Part shown: positions 18,096 to 27,021 of the stretch, one piece after another
Layout of the letters: each line of letters starts with the position of its first letter
Numbering within the stretch: position 1 is the stretch's first letter
From: Spirochaetia bacterium
Lineage (GTDB): Bacteria > Spirochaetota > Spirochaetia > CADAEX01
Reading direction: 5' to 3'
DNA length: 64,000 nt
Assembly (NCBI GenBank): GCA_963662265.2
Contig: CAXXHA010000010.1
Span: 160,001-224,000 of the forward strand
Notes under the pieces: model-generated
The model's input: the letters and a program-made list of their open reading frames with translations, nothing else
The model's database searches: none
Told to the model about the DNA's origin: nothing
Program-made: the position numbers and the translations under genes

Positions 18096-18590
18096 ATGAA
18101 AGCTGCATTAATGATAATTGATATGCAAAAAGAATATTTCACTGGTCTTGCAAAAAAATCAATGACCGAAGCATCCGAGTATATAAATGAAGTTTTAGGG
18201 TATTTCAGAGAACGAAAACTGCCTATTGTTTGGGTTCAGGATATTGATAAAAAATGTGGAGTTGTTCCAGATTCAGAAGGTTTTGAAATTATTGATTTAC
18301 TAGAGAAGCAGAATAATGAAATAAGTATTTTCAAAGAATATGGAAATAGTTTTAATAAAACAGAATGTGGAAATATCCTAAAGAAAGAAAATGTCGATGT
18401 AATTGTAATAACTGGATACTGTGCAGAATATTGTGTTTTATCTACATATCGAGGCGCTCAGGATTTGGATTTTACACCAGTCATACTGAAAAAAGGAATT
18501 GCGAGTGGTGATTATCAGAATCTACAATTTATTGAGAAAATCTGTGATACAATTCCCTATAATATAATCAGCAAGATGATTGGAAAATAA
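18096..18590 (+). CDS. Isochorismatase-family cysteine hydrolase
   Basis: ALMIIDMQ, K...NSF, G..AEYCV.ST. Confidence 0.88.
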   Translation: MKAALMIIDMQKEYFTGLAKKSMTEASEYINEVLGYFRERKLPIVWVQDIDKKCGVVPDSEGFEIIDLLEKQNNEISIFKEYGNSFNKTECGNILKKENVDVIVITGYCAEYCVLSTYRGAQDLDFTPVILKKGIASGDYQNLQFIEKICDTIPYNIISKMIGK

Positions 18591-18616
18591 TACTCCCAAG
18601 TACTACTGACTGTTCA

Positions 18617-18703
18617 TAACAGGGGCTATTTACTCCGCCAAGTCGGGCTTCGTGCTGCACCATTTTTGGCCTAAGCCAAACATCACATAACCCAAGAACG
18701 TTA
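18617..18703 (+). repeat. Degenerate spacer
   Basis: TAACAGGGGCTAT...ATAACCCAAGAACGTTA followed by TTGGC-AAT. Confidence 0.75.
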
Positions 18704-18741
18704 TTGGCAATATCCCTTAAGATCAACATGTGAGGAAGATA

Positions 18742-19647
18742 ATGAGAATCAAGCTGGAAAAGCATACGACAAGCATATTACAGGCACTCCTCGTGACTTT
18801 TCTCTGGTCTACATCTTTCATTATCATCAAAAAGGGATTGCTCTCAATACCACCTCTGACATTTGCTGGCCTAAGATACTTTTTTGCATCACTTTGCTTG
18901 TTGCCATTTTCATTTATGCCGCAACGTCAATCTGAAATCCGGAAATTGGGTAAAAATAAATGGGGTAAACTGATTATTTTAGGCATGGTATTCTATGTGT
19001 TTACCCAGGGGATACAATTCATAGGTCTATCACTTCTGCCTTCCACAACTGTCAGCTTAATGCTCAATTTTACTCCTGTAATAGTTATGATACTAAGTGT
19101 CGTATTCATTAATGAAAAACCGGTGAAAAGACAAGTCGCGGGAGTATTCATCTTTGTTGCAGGAGCTCTTGTTTATTTTCTACCTTTATCAAATCTCGGG
19201 GCGCAGTTAATAGGATTGATTGTTATGGCCTTTGGCATTATTTCAAATGCAATTTCATCGGTTTTAGGAAGAAATATAAATCGAGATAAAGAAATTACTC
19301 CGTTTACAATTACATTAATTTCGATGTCATTTGGTTCAATGCTTCTCCTGATTACCGGGCTTGTCATTGAAGGAATACCAAGTATACCACTCCGGTCATG
19401 GATATCTCTGATTTGGTTATCAGTTGTAAATACCGCATTTGCATTTACACTTTGGAACCGATCTCTTCGTCACCTTACAGCAATGAAATCAAGTATCATC
19501 AACGGAACAATGTTGATTCAAATCGCTATATTGGCCTGGATTTTTCTAGGAGAGGGCCTCTCCGGGACCAATATCGGCGGCATGATTATTGCATCAATCG
19601 GTGCAATATTAGTCCAGTTGCGGTATAAAGAGAAGGTAAGCAATTAG
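18742..19647 (+). CDS. DMT/EamA transporter
   Basis: About 10 TM segments, LWSTSF, duplicated EamA pattern. Confidence 0.88.
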   Translation: MRIKLEKHTTSILQALLVTFLWSTSFIIIKKGLLSIPPLTFAGLRYFFASLCLLPFSFMPQRQSEIRKLGKNKWGKLIILGMVFYVFTQGIQFIGLSLLPSTTVSLMLNFTPVIVMILSVVFINEKPVKRQVAGVFIFVAGALVYFLPLSNLGAQLIGLIVMAFGIISNAISSVLGRNINRDKEITPFTITLISMSFGSMLLLITGLVIEGIPSIPLRSWISLIWLSVVNTAFAFTLWNRSLRHLTAMKSSIINGTMLIQIAILAWIFLGEGLSGTNIGGMIIASIGAILVQLRYKEKVSN

Positions 19648-19668
19648 CGGAGACCGGGAGACTATCAA

Positions 19669-19745
19669 GAACAGTGAATATGTGGTTCAGCATTCAGCAT
19701 CTCCCAAAATGCCGTTGACCAACATCGCATATTTACAAAACATTA
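19669..19745 (+). repeat. Degenerate family B spacer (GAAC...ATTA)
   Basis: GAACAGTGAATATGTG...GTTGACCAACATCGCATATTTACAAAACATTA. Confidence 0.75.
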
Positions 19746-19786
19746 TAGTTAATTTTGAATTAAGATTTTAATCAAGGAGTTTTCAT

Positions 19787-20218
19787 TTGAATATTACTAA
19801 AATGACAATAGCTGACTATGACGAAGCATTTAAACTCTGGTCAAATACTGAAGGGATGGGACTACGCTCCCTTGATGACTCACAAAAGGGTATTGATTCT
19901 TTTTTACAGAGAAATCCCAACACAAATTTTGTTTGCAGAAATAACAGTGAATTGATTGGTGTCATTTTATCAGGGCATGATGGTCGAAGAGGTTATATTT
20001 ATCATGCTGCTGTACATCCAAATTACCGGAGAAAGGGAGTTGGAAGAAAACTTGTAAAAGAAGTTATTTCTTCGCTGGACAAAGAGGGAATAAAAAAAGT
20101 CGCATTAGTTGTTTTCTCAAGCAATCAGAAAGGCAATGACTTCTGGGAATCTTTAGGCTTTATAAATAGAAAAGACTTGAATTATAGAAATCTCGCTATT
20201 GATCCTACAAATATTTGA
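19787..20218 (+). CDS. GNAT acetyltransferase (YpeA-like)
   Basis: GHDGRRGYIYH.AV.P.YRRKGVG. Confidence 0.88.
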   Translation: MNITKMTIADYDEAFKLWSNTEGMGLRSLDDSQKGIDSFLQRNPNTNFVCRNNSELIGVILSGHDGRRGYIYHAAVHPNYRRKGVGRKLVKEVISSLDKEGIKKVALVVFSSNQKGNDFWESLGFINRKDLNYRNLAIDPTNI

Positions 20219-20246
20219 TAAGCAAACACTTAATTTAAACTTTCAA

Positions 20247-20330
20247 GAACAGACAATATATGATCCGCCCAGCTACGGGCTCGCCAAATCCATTACTTAG
20301 TGCTAGACTTCATATATTTCTTAAACGTTA
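20247..20330 (+). repeat. Degenerate spacer
   Basis: GAACAGACAATATATGA...TCATATATTTCTTAAACGTTA. Confidence 0.7.
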
Positions 20331-20361
20331 TATCTAATTATATTTTGTAAAGAGAACATAA

Positions 20362-20883
20362 ATGAAACATATAGAAATAAAAGAAATTACTGAAATAGAC
20401 ATCCCTGAAATTGTAGACATTTGGTATGAAGTTTCTCTTCAAGCTCATGGATTTATTTCCAGCGAATATTGGAGAGCGAACAAAGATCAAATGAGTAATA
20501 AATACATACCAATGTCTGAAACATTTCAAGCAACAGATGGTGAAAATATATTAGGATTTATCTCATTATTAGATGATTATCTTGCTGCAATTTTTGTAAA
20601 ATCTGAATTCCAGGGAAGAGGAATTGGATCTTTATTATTAAACCATGCAATGAGTCTTCGCAATAATCTGCAATTAAAAGTATTCTGCAAAAATGCAAAG
20701 AGTATAGAATACTATAAATCAAAAGGTTTTTCTGTAATTTCAGAATCAAAAGATAATGAGACAGGAGAAAATGAGCTTGTCATGAAGTGGCATAAAAAAA
20801 AACTAGACGTAACAAGAAATATGCACAGCCCTACAGGCTTGGCCTTCGCAAATGCAGCGTTGCTTCTCTTTGCATATTTCTGA
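20362..20883 (+). CDS. GNAT acetyltransferase (YiaC-like), C-terminus reads through the next spacer
   Basis: AHGFI...YW, FV..EFQGRGIG; the last ~25 aa are encoded by spacer 20810-20890. Confidence 0.82.
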   Translation: MKHIEIKEITEIDIPEIVDIWYEVSLQAHGFISSEYWRANKDQMSNKYIPMSETFQATDGENILGFISLLDDYLAAIFVKSEFQGRGIGSLLLNHAMSLRNNLQLKVFCKNAKSIEYYKSKGFSVISESKDNETGENELVMKWHKKKLDVTRNMHSPTGLAFANAALLLFAYF

Positions 20884-20890
20884 AACGTTT
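20810..20890 (+). repeat. Degenerate spacer
   Basis: TAACAAGAAATATGCA...TGCATATTTCTGAAACGTTT then GGCGC-AAT. Confidence 0.75.
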
Positions 20891-21014
20891 GGCGCAATTT
20901 GTCCCCCAAGAAAAACATTGCCCGGACATCCAGCCAACAGACTAAAATAACACTTCATGATGTGGTAATTAAATTAGCTGGTGAAAAAAACCATTTTTTA
21001 TGAGAAAATAGTTT

Positions 21015-21521
21015 ATGAATGAACAAAATTTTATAGAAAAAGATAATAACATTAGAAATAAGTTTGATACCATAATTTTATACTATTCTTATCATCATAA
21101 AAATACTGAAAAGATTGCAAAAGCAATAGGCGATATTTTAAAAGCAGAAGTCTATCCAATAGAAGAGTTGAAACAAATAAATATTGATAAATATAAATTG
21201 ATAGGTTTTGGAGCAGGAATTGATAGTTGTCAACACTATAAAGAGTTAATCGAGTTTATAGATAAAATAGAAAAAAATGAAGGAAAAGAGGCGTTTATCT
21301 TTTCGACCAGCGCGATTTACAATAAAGATAAGATGAAAAACGATCATTTAAAATTGAGAAATATTTTAGAAAACAACGAGTATAGAATTATAGGGGAATT
21401 TAGCTGTAAAGGTTTTAACACCAATAGTTTTTTGAAATATTTCGGAGGAATGAATCGAGGTCGTCCAAATGATGAAGATATAAAAAATGCTCAAGAGTTT
21501 GCAAAGAAATTATTAATATGA
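21015..21521 (+). CDS. Flavodoxin-family protein
   Basis: YYSYHHKNTEKIAKAI, GFGAGI, GRPNDED. Confidence 0.85.
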   Translation: MNEQNFIEKDNNIRNKFDTIILYYSYHHKNTEKIAKAIGDILKAEVYPIEELKQINIDKYKLIGFGAGIDSCQHYKELIEFIDKIEKNEGKEAFIFSTSAIYNKDKMKNDHLKLRNILENNEYRIIGEFSCKGFNTNSFLKYFGGMNRGRPNDEDIKNAQEFAKKLLI

Positions 21522-21633
21522 GCAACTAGGGTGCTCGATAAACTTAATGTTTTTATAAAGAAGTTTGTTGATCCAGAGATTTAGAATCCAGACCGAACTC
21601 TGTTTAATATTCTGAATGTTGAACCAAAGCATA

Positions 21634-21742
21634 TAAGAGGGGCTATGTCGCATTGCTATAAGCTCACTGGCCTGAGGCATATGGCCTATGTCAAAATTTC
21701 TGCGCAGTAACTCCGGGAACTTAGCATATTCTTGAACCGTTA
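21634..21742 (+). repeat. Highly degenerate spacer
   Basis: TAAGAGGGGCTATG...GCATATTCTTGAACCGTTA. Confidence 0.6.
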
Positions 21743-21785
21743 AATACATTACAATTTGTTTAATAACACCTTAAAGAGGACAATA

Positions 21786-22235
21786 ATGATAAGACAACTG
21801 AATGAAAAGGATTATTCTATCTGGCTTGAAATGGCAGAAGAAGTTGAGCATTTATTTGGACCGATGGTACAAAATAAAGATTTTCAGGAAGGGATTAAGT
21901 CATGCATCAATAAAGGTGACTCATTTTGTACGACTAACAGTGATGGAATTGTGACCGGTATAATTGCTATAGACAGGACACAAAATGAAATTTCCTGGCT
22001 TGCTGTTAGGAAACAGTATAGAGGTAATAAAACAGGTGATATTTTAGTAAAAAAAGCAGTAGATGAATTACTTGATAATGGGAATATCTATGTTCAAACA
22101 TTTTCTGAAAATGCTGAGGTTGGAAATAGTGCCAGAAAGCTATATTTAAATAATGGATTTACTGATTTTAATGCAGCCGGTAAAAATCCAGCTGGAATAG
22201 ATACTGTAATAATGGTGAGAAAGGCTGGAAAATAG
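21786..22235 (+). CDS. GNAT acetyltransferase
   Basis: ISWLAV...YRG, ARKLY...GF. Confidence 0.82.
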   Translation: MIRQLNEKDYSIWLEMAEEVEHLFGPMVQNKDFQEGIKSCINKGDSFCTTNSDGIVTGIIAIDRTQNEISWLAVRKQYRGNKTGDILVKKAVDELLDNGNIYVQTFSENAEVGNSARKLYLNNGFTDFNAAGKNPAGIDTVIMVRKAGK

Positions 22236-22463
22236 TAAAAATCGTACAAGATCTAATCTTATAATGTTATATGTAACAATTTTTGATAAAATTATTTCAA
22301 CAAGGAATAAAATAAATGTTTGAATGGAATCACAATTCCACCTAAAACAACTTTCAAGGAGATAAAGAAAGCATCGCAATTTTCTGAAACAACAAGGGAT
22401 TTTTCCGATTAAATATAATATGATAAAAAAAAGATTCTGGAATTACTGGGAGAATTATAATAT

Positions 22464-22820
22464 ATACAGCCAAAAGAATTAGTAAAATTATGGGTAGATG
22501 CTTTTAATGATGGAGATGCAACAAGAATATCCGATTTCTATGCAGAAAATGCTGTTAACCACCAGGTAGCTAATGAACCAGTTGAAGGAAAATCTGCAAT
22601 AACTGATATGTTTAAACAGGAATTTTCTGCTGCAAAAATGGTTTGTGTAGTTGAAAATATTTTTCAAGATGGAGATTGGGCAATTCTTGAATGGAAAGAT
22701 CCTTTAGGATTACGGGGCTGCGGCTTTTTTCATATCTTAAATGATAAAATAATTTTTCAGAGAGGTTATTGGGATAAACTCAGTTTTTTAAAAGCACATA
22801 ACTTGCCAATTCCAGAATAG
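22464..22820 (+). CDS. SnoaL/NTF2-like protein; start codon appears mutated to ATA (possible pseudogene)
   Basis: The open frame upstream of the 22608 ATG reads QPKELVKLWVDAFN.GD...FYAENAVNHQV; followed by ACT-N5-TAAC at 22824-22835. Confidence 0.7.
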   Translation: MQPKELVKLWVDAFNDGDATRISDFYAENAVNHQVANEPVEGKSAITDMFKQEFSAAKMVCVVENIFQDGDWAILEWKDPLGLRGCGFFHILNDKIIFQRGYWDKLSFLKAHNLPIPE

Positions 22821-23044
22821 AAAACTTCTCTTAACAGCAAATATGCACTTCATCATTCAGCTTCTCTTAAAAACAGCAATTTGCCGGCTTTGCAGTAAAT
22901 ATAGCATTCCAACTAAAACTTTATATAATAAAATTTAAAATAAGAAGGAAACACTGTGGCCTAGAGGAAATAAGAGAGATTTACAGGCAAAAGCTGTTTG
23001 CTCAAATGTTTTTTTACAAGTATTATTGAAAAAAGGAAAAAGTA

Positions 23045-23488
23045 ATGAGAATAGAAAAAATTAAAAAGAACAAGAAGCAGCACCTTGATTTATTGCTATT
23101 GGCAGATGAGCAAGAGGATATGATTGACAGATATCTGGAAAGTGGAGATATGTTTGCACTATTCGATCATGACTTGAAGACTGTTTGTGTTGTTGCCGCA
23201 ATAGACAAAGAAACATGCGAATTAAAAAACATAGCAACATATGAAAAATACCAGGGTAAAGGATATGCTAAAGCTCTAATTAAATTTGTCTCAGATTATT
23301 ACAAAAACGACTATGAAACAATGCTTGTCGGAACAGGAGAAACTCCCAAAATATTGTCATTTTATGAAAGTTGCGGATTTGAAAAATCTCATGTTATCAG
23401 GAATTTTTTTACAGATAATTATGACCATCTAATGTTTGAAGACGGAATACAGCTTATTGACATGGTTTATCTGAAGAAATTTTTATAA
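23045..23488 (+). CDS. GNAT acetyltransferase
   Basis: LLLLADE, ELKNIAT...QGKGY, FYE.CGF. Confidence 0.88.
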   Translation: MRIEKIKKNKKQHLDLLLLADEQEDMIDRYLESGDMFALFDHDLKTVCVVAAIDKETCELKNIATYEKYQGKGYAKALIKFVSDYYKNDYETMLVGTGETPKILSFYESCGFEKSHVIRNFFTDNYDHLMFEDGIQLIDMVYLKKFL

Positions 23489-23560
23489 ATATCTGCGGCT
23501 AATAAAAATCTTTCCGCATCCTTTAATAGGAAGGTAAGAAATACACGTCAGGAGTAAATT

Positions 23561-24073
23561 ATGTATAATCATTCAATTCCGTATAAGAAAAAAGGATTAT
23601 ATATCCTGATTACATTGCCGCTTATTCTGGTTTATATATTAATAGGATATTATTTAAACAATATAGGTAATATTAATCTCATCATTTATATCACTTTATT
23701 TACTATAACAATTATTTTTCAGAGTTATAATTGTATATATTGGAAATGTCCACATGTTGGAACTCTTTGCCCAGGCGCCGGCGGTTTTTGTGTACTATCA
23801 AGTCCTATTGGAAAATTATTAATTAATATGAAAATAAAGAGTTCTGAGAAATTATATAAAATACTCTGCAGCATTGCTTTTACAGGTTTTTTGGGGATAA
23901 TTTTATATCCGGTCTATTTCATATATAAATTAAGTATTTTATATCTAGCTTTTTATTTTTTTATAATTTCAGCTTATTTCTTGTTTATGATGATATTGAT
24001 CTGTCCTGACTGCGGAGCTAAAAAAGCATGCCCGGGAGGACAATTTTCATTAAAAATAAAAAAACAATGTTGA
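23561..24073 (+). CDS. Membrane protein with Cys clusters, unknown function
   Basis: Four hydrophobic segments; C...CP....CP and CPDC....CP motifs. Confidence 0.7.
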   Translation: MYNHSIPYKKKGLYILITLPLILVYILIGYYLNNIGNINLIIYITLFTITIIFQSYNCIYWKCPHVGTLCPGAGGFCVLSSPIGKLLINMKIKSSEKLYKILCSIAFTGFLGIILYPVYFIYKLSILYLAFYFFIISAYFLFMMILICPDCGAKKACPGGQFSLKIKKQC

Positions 24074-24242
24074 AACAGTTTAATAAGGAAAGTTCAGATA
24101 AATATTTTACCGGAACAAAACTAATGGAGCCTGGATTATTGTGATAAGAAAGGAATTATAAAGCTAAGGCAGATATTCGGATGAACACAAGGTAAACAGG
24201 ATTCATACATCAGGACTCATAAAATGATAAAGGAAAATATTT

Positions 24243-24743
24243 GTGGTTGAAAAATTTGCAATACCAGGTGTAGGCGGAATAATAAGAAAATATAATAATA
24301 ATTCGCAGGAATATATTCTTGTTCAGGACAGAGTAAAACCGAATTATGAAAACATGAAAGGAATCATTGAAATCCCCGCAGGAAAAATAAGAGAATTTGA
24401 AAATATCTATTCTTGTTTAAGAAGAGAAATTTATGAAGAAACCGGCTTGAGTGTTGAAGAAATTGATGGTGAGGACTTATCAGAAATTATAAAAATCAAT
24501 AATTATGAAGTCCTGTCATATGAACCTTATTCCAGCAGTCAGAATATATCTGGAGATTATCCGATCTTAGTACAGGTATTTTTATGTACTGTTAATGACG
24601 GAAAAGACCCGATTAAAGAAAGTGATGAGTCGAAAAATATTCGATGGATAACGAAAGAAGAATTAAAGAGACTACTGCTTGAAGAGATAGATAGTTTCTT
24701 TCCAATGCATATATCTACTTTGAAAAAATATTGTGGAATATAA
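24243..24743 (+). CDS. NUDIX hydrolase
   Basis: PAGK...E.....LRREIYEETGL Nudix box. Confidence 0.88.
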   Translation: MVEKFAIPGVGGIIRKYNNNSQEYILVQDRVKPNYENMKGIIEIPAGKIREFENIYSCLRREIYEETGLSVEEIDGEDLSEIIKINNYEVLSYEPYSSSQNISGDYPILVQVFLCTVNDGKDPIKESDESKNIRWITKEELKRLLLEEIDSFFPMHISTLKKYCGI

Positions 24744-24796
24744 CAACAACAAAATAATTCCATGTTTTTTATTTAAAAAGGAGTGTTGGTTAATAA

Positions 24797-24934
24797 ATGC
24801 TTGAATGGAAAGATCCTTTAGGATTACGGGGCTGCGGCTTTTTCCATATCTTAAATGATAAAATAATTTTTCAGAGAGGTTATTGGGATAAGCTCAGTTT
24901 TTTAAAAGTACATAATTTGCCGATCCCAGAATAG
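24797..24934 (+). pseudogene. Duplicated 3' fragment of the SnoaL-like gene
   Basis: 24800-24934 matches 22686-22820 with about 6 mismatches. Confidence 0.85.
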
Positions 24935-25057
24935 TTTTTTTTCAACAAATATGCAGTTCAGCTTTTCGCTTCACCTGAACTGGATGTTGGTAAATAAGCA
25001 TTTATGAGAAACATTGGGTATAATAAAAAACTTTGACGGAGGATTTAGGAGGTAAGA

Positions 25058-25774
25058 ATGAAAATATTAATTCTTGGAGCGAGTGGAGCAACAGGGAAGT
25101 TAGTTACAATGCAATTTGTGAAAAAGAAAATTAATGTACGTATCCTGGTAAGAGAAAGCGCTTTTCTCCCGAAAGAAATACTAGAAAGTAAAAATGTCGA
25201 AATCATTAGGGGGAATATTAATGATTTTAATAATGAACAGGTTATAACATTACTTGAAGATTGCACAGCCGTGATTTCATGTCTTGGACATAATATTACA
25301 TTTAAGGGAATATTCGGAAAACCTCATTACCTGGTATATTCAGCAATAAAAAAGATTTGTGAATCAATAACAAAAAATGAAAGCAGTTTAAAAAAGATTA
25401 TCCTTATGAGTACAACAGCTTATACAAACAAAAATAATGGAGAAAAAAATACAATAGGAGAAAAAATCATATTTTCTCTGCTTTTGCTGTTATTGCCACC
25501 TCATAAAGATAATATAAAAGCGGGTAAATATCTTAACAGGAAAATAGGGAGAAGCAGCAATATTGAATGGGTAGCTGTACGCCCGGACACATTATTTGAT
25601 GAAGAAGTTGAAAGTAAATATAGTGACTATGAATCTTTAAAGAGAAGTCCGATTTTCAATGCCGGAAAAACAAGTAGGATAAATGTAAGCCACTTCATGT
25701 CACAGCTTGTCAGCAATGAAGAGCTTTGGGAAAAATGGAAATTTAAAATGCCTGTAATTTATAATGAAGAATAA
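25058..25774 (+). CDS. NAD(P)H-binding oxidoreductase (atypical SDR)
   Basis: ILGASGATG Rossmann motif, WVAVRP. Confidence 0.85.
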   Translation: MKILILGASGATGKLVTMQFVKKKINVRILVRESAFLPKEILESKNVEIIRGNINDFNNEQVITLLEDCTAVISCLGHNITFKGIFGKPHYLVYSAIKKICESITKNESSLKKIILMSTTAYTNKNNGEKNTIGEKIIFSLLLLLLPPHKDNIKAGKYLNRKIGRSSNIEWVAVRPDTLFDEEVESKYSDYESLKRSPIFNAGKTSRINVSHFMSQLVSNEELWEKWKFKMPVIYNEE

Positions 25775-25898
25775 GAGTGAAGAGATACTTCCCGTAATAC
25801 CTGGGGGGTAGAGAGAATACCGGTATCATTGGAAAAGACAAGAAAAATTTCGAATCAGCTACCCAGGCAGTATTCAGGGAAGAAAAGGGAAAAGATCT

Positions 25899-26807
25899 AT
25901 GTATGAAAAGAAAATATATTTTATTCAGGATTATATCTGCACTCACCTGGATAAAAATTTAAGTCTTGAAAAACTGGCCCGGATTGCAGCCTTCTCCCCC
26001 TTCCATTTTCATAGAATATTTAAGGAAATTACAGGAGAAAATCTCTATGATTTTATTCAAAGAAAAAGACTGGAAAACGCATGTACAATGCTATCTTCAA
26101 ATCTTGATATGAAAATTATTGATATTGCCCTGTACAACGGATTCTCAACCCCTTCCTCATTCTCAAAAGCATTTAAAAACCACCTAAAAGTAAGTCCATC
26201 TGAATACCGCAGACTTAATTCCATAAAAAACAGCAAGAATGGAACATATAACAGCAATCCGGACAAAGATTCATTTTTTACTGATGAGTATATTACAGAC
26301 AATGATTTAGCAGATTTATACACATGGAGGGAAAAAATGAATGTAAAGATAGAAGAACTGCCGGAATACCGTATCGCTTATATGCGGCAGATAGGACCTT
26401 ATGGATCCTCAAATATTCAGTTGATGCAGAAACTGAAGAAATGGGCAATTACAAGAGGCCTTCTTACTGAATCATCAGTAATACTCGGAATAGCTCATGA
26501 TGACCCAGGCATTACACCGGCAGAGAAATGCCGCTATGATACCTGTTTAGTAATTTCAGATGACTATGAGCTGGAAAACAGGGTATGTGAAAGCAGACTC
26601 CCGGGAGGAAAATACGGGATTATTAGAGCTGAACATTCTGCTGAAGCAATTAAAAAAGCATGGAAAGATATCTTCACTTCCTGGTTACCGGAAAGCGGTT
26701 ACCAAATTGATGACAGGCCTGTCTTTGAAAGGTATACAGGTGCTGCAATTGACATAACAATTGAGCCTGTTACCTGTGAGATTTGCATACCCTTAAAACC
26801 TGAATAG
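25899..26807 (+). CDS. AraC regulator with GyrI-like effector domain
   Basis: FSPFHFHRIF HTH; C-terminal GPYG...WLPESGY. Confidence 0.9.
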   Translation: MYEKKIYFIQDYICTHLDKNLSLEKLARIAAFSPFHFHRIFKEITGENLYDFIQRKRLENACTMLSSNLDMKIIDIALYNGFSTPSSFSKAFKNHLKVSPSEYRRLNSIKNSKNGTYNSNPDKDSFFTDEYITDNDLADLYTWREKMNVKIEELPEYRIAYMRQIGPYGSSNIQLMQKLKKWAITRGLLTESSVILGIAHDDPGITPAEKCRYDTCLVISDDYELENRVCESRLPGGKYGIIRAEHSAEAIKKAWKDIFTSWLPESGYQIDDRPVFERYTGAAIDITIEPVTCEICIPLKPE

Positions 26808-27021
26808 GCTGTATTACAGAGAGCCGAACTGTCTTCGTATACGAATATATGCTTCGGCTCTGGTTGTTCAATCATCTTCTTTTCATAATTCCGAAAATCA
26901 GAAATAAAAATAATTAAAGATAATACTGTCCCGAGACATAACAGGATATGGCTATTGATCTGTTCCTTCTTTGTAAATACTATTAAAAATGGAGGTGCCA
27001 GATATCCTTCAGGAGAAAAAC

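Larger units (their letters stand above)
3644..25030 (+). mobile_element. Integron-like gene cassette array (intact proximally, eroded distally)
   Basis: Repeated TAAC-spacer-GTTA junctions with GTT at 3644, 4023, 5196, 12753, 13821, 16496, 17160, 18052, 18700, 19742 (ATT), 20327, 20887, 21739, ~25013 (ATT); AT-rich, mostly single-gene units next to a divergent integrase. Confidence 0.9.

Noticed and set aside
20800-20883. C-terminal extension of the GNAT as a novel domain
   Set aside because: It is read-through into the spacer after an A-run, probably from loss of the stop codon.
3863-21742. CRISPR interpretation of the recurring repeats
   Set aside because: Repeats are 75-165 bp, separated by whole genes, and no cas genes are present.
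26820-26861. AGAGCCGAA...TTCGGCTCT hairpin as a further spacer
   Set aside because: Lacks TAAC/GTTA cores and the AATA/TATT stem; more simply a terminator-like hairpin.
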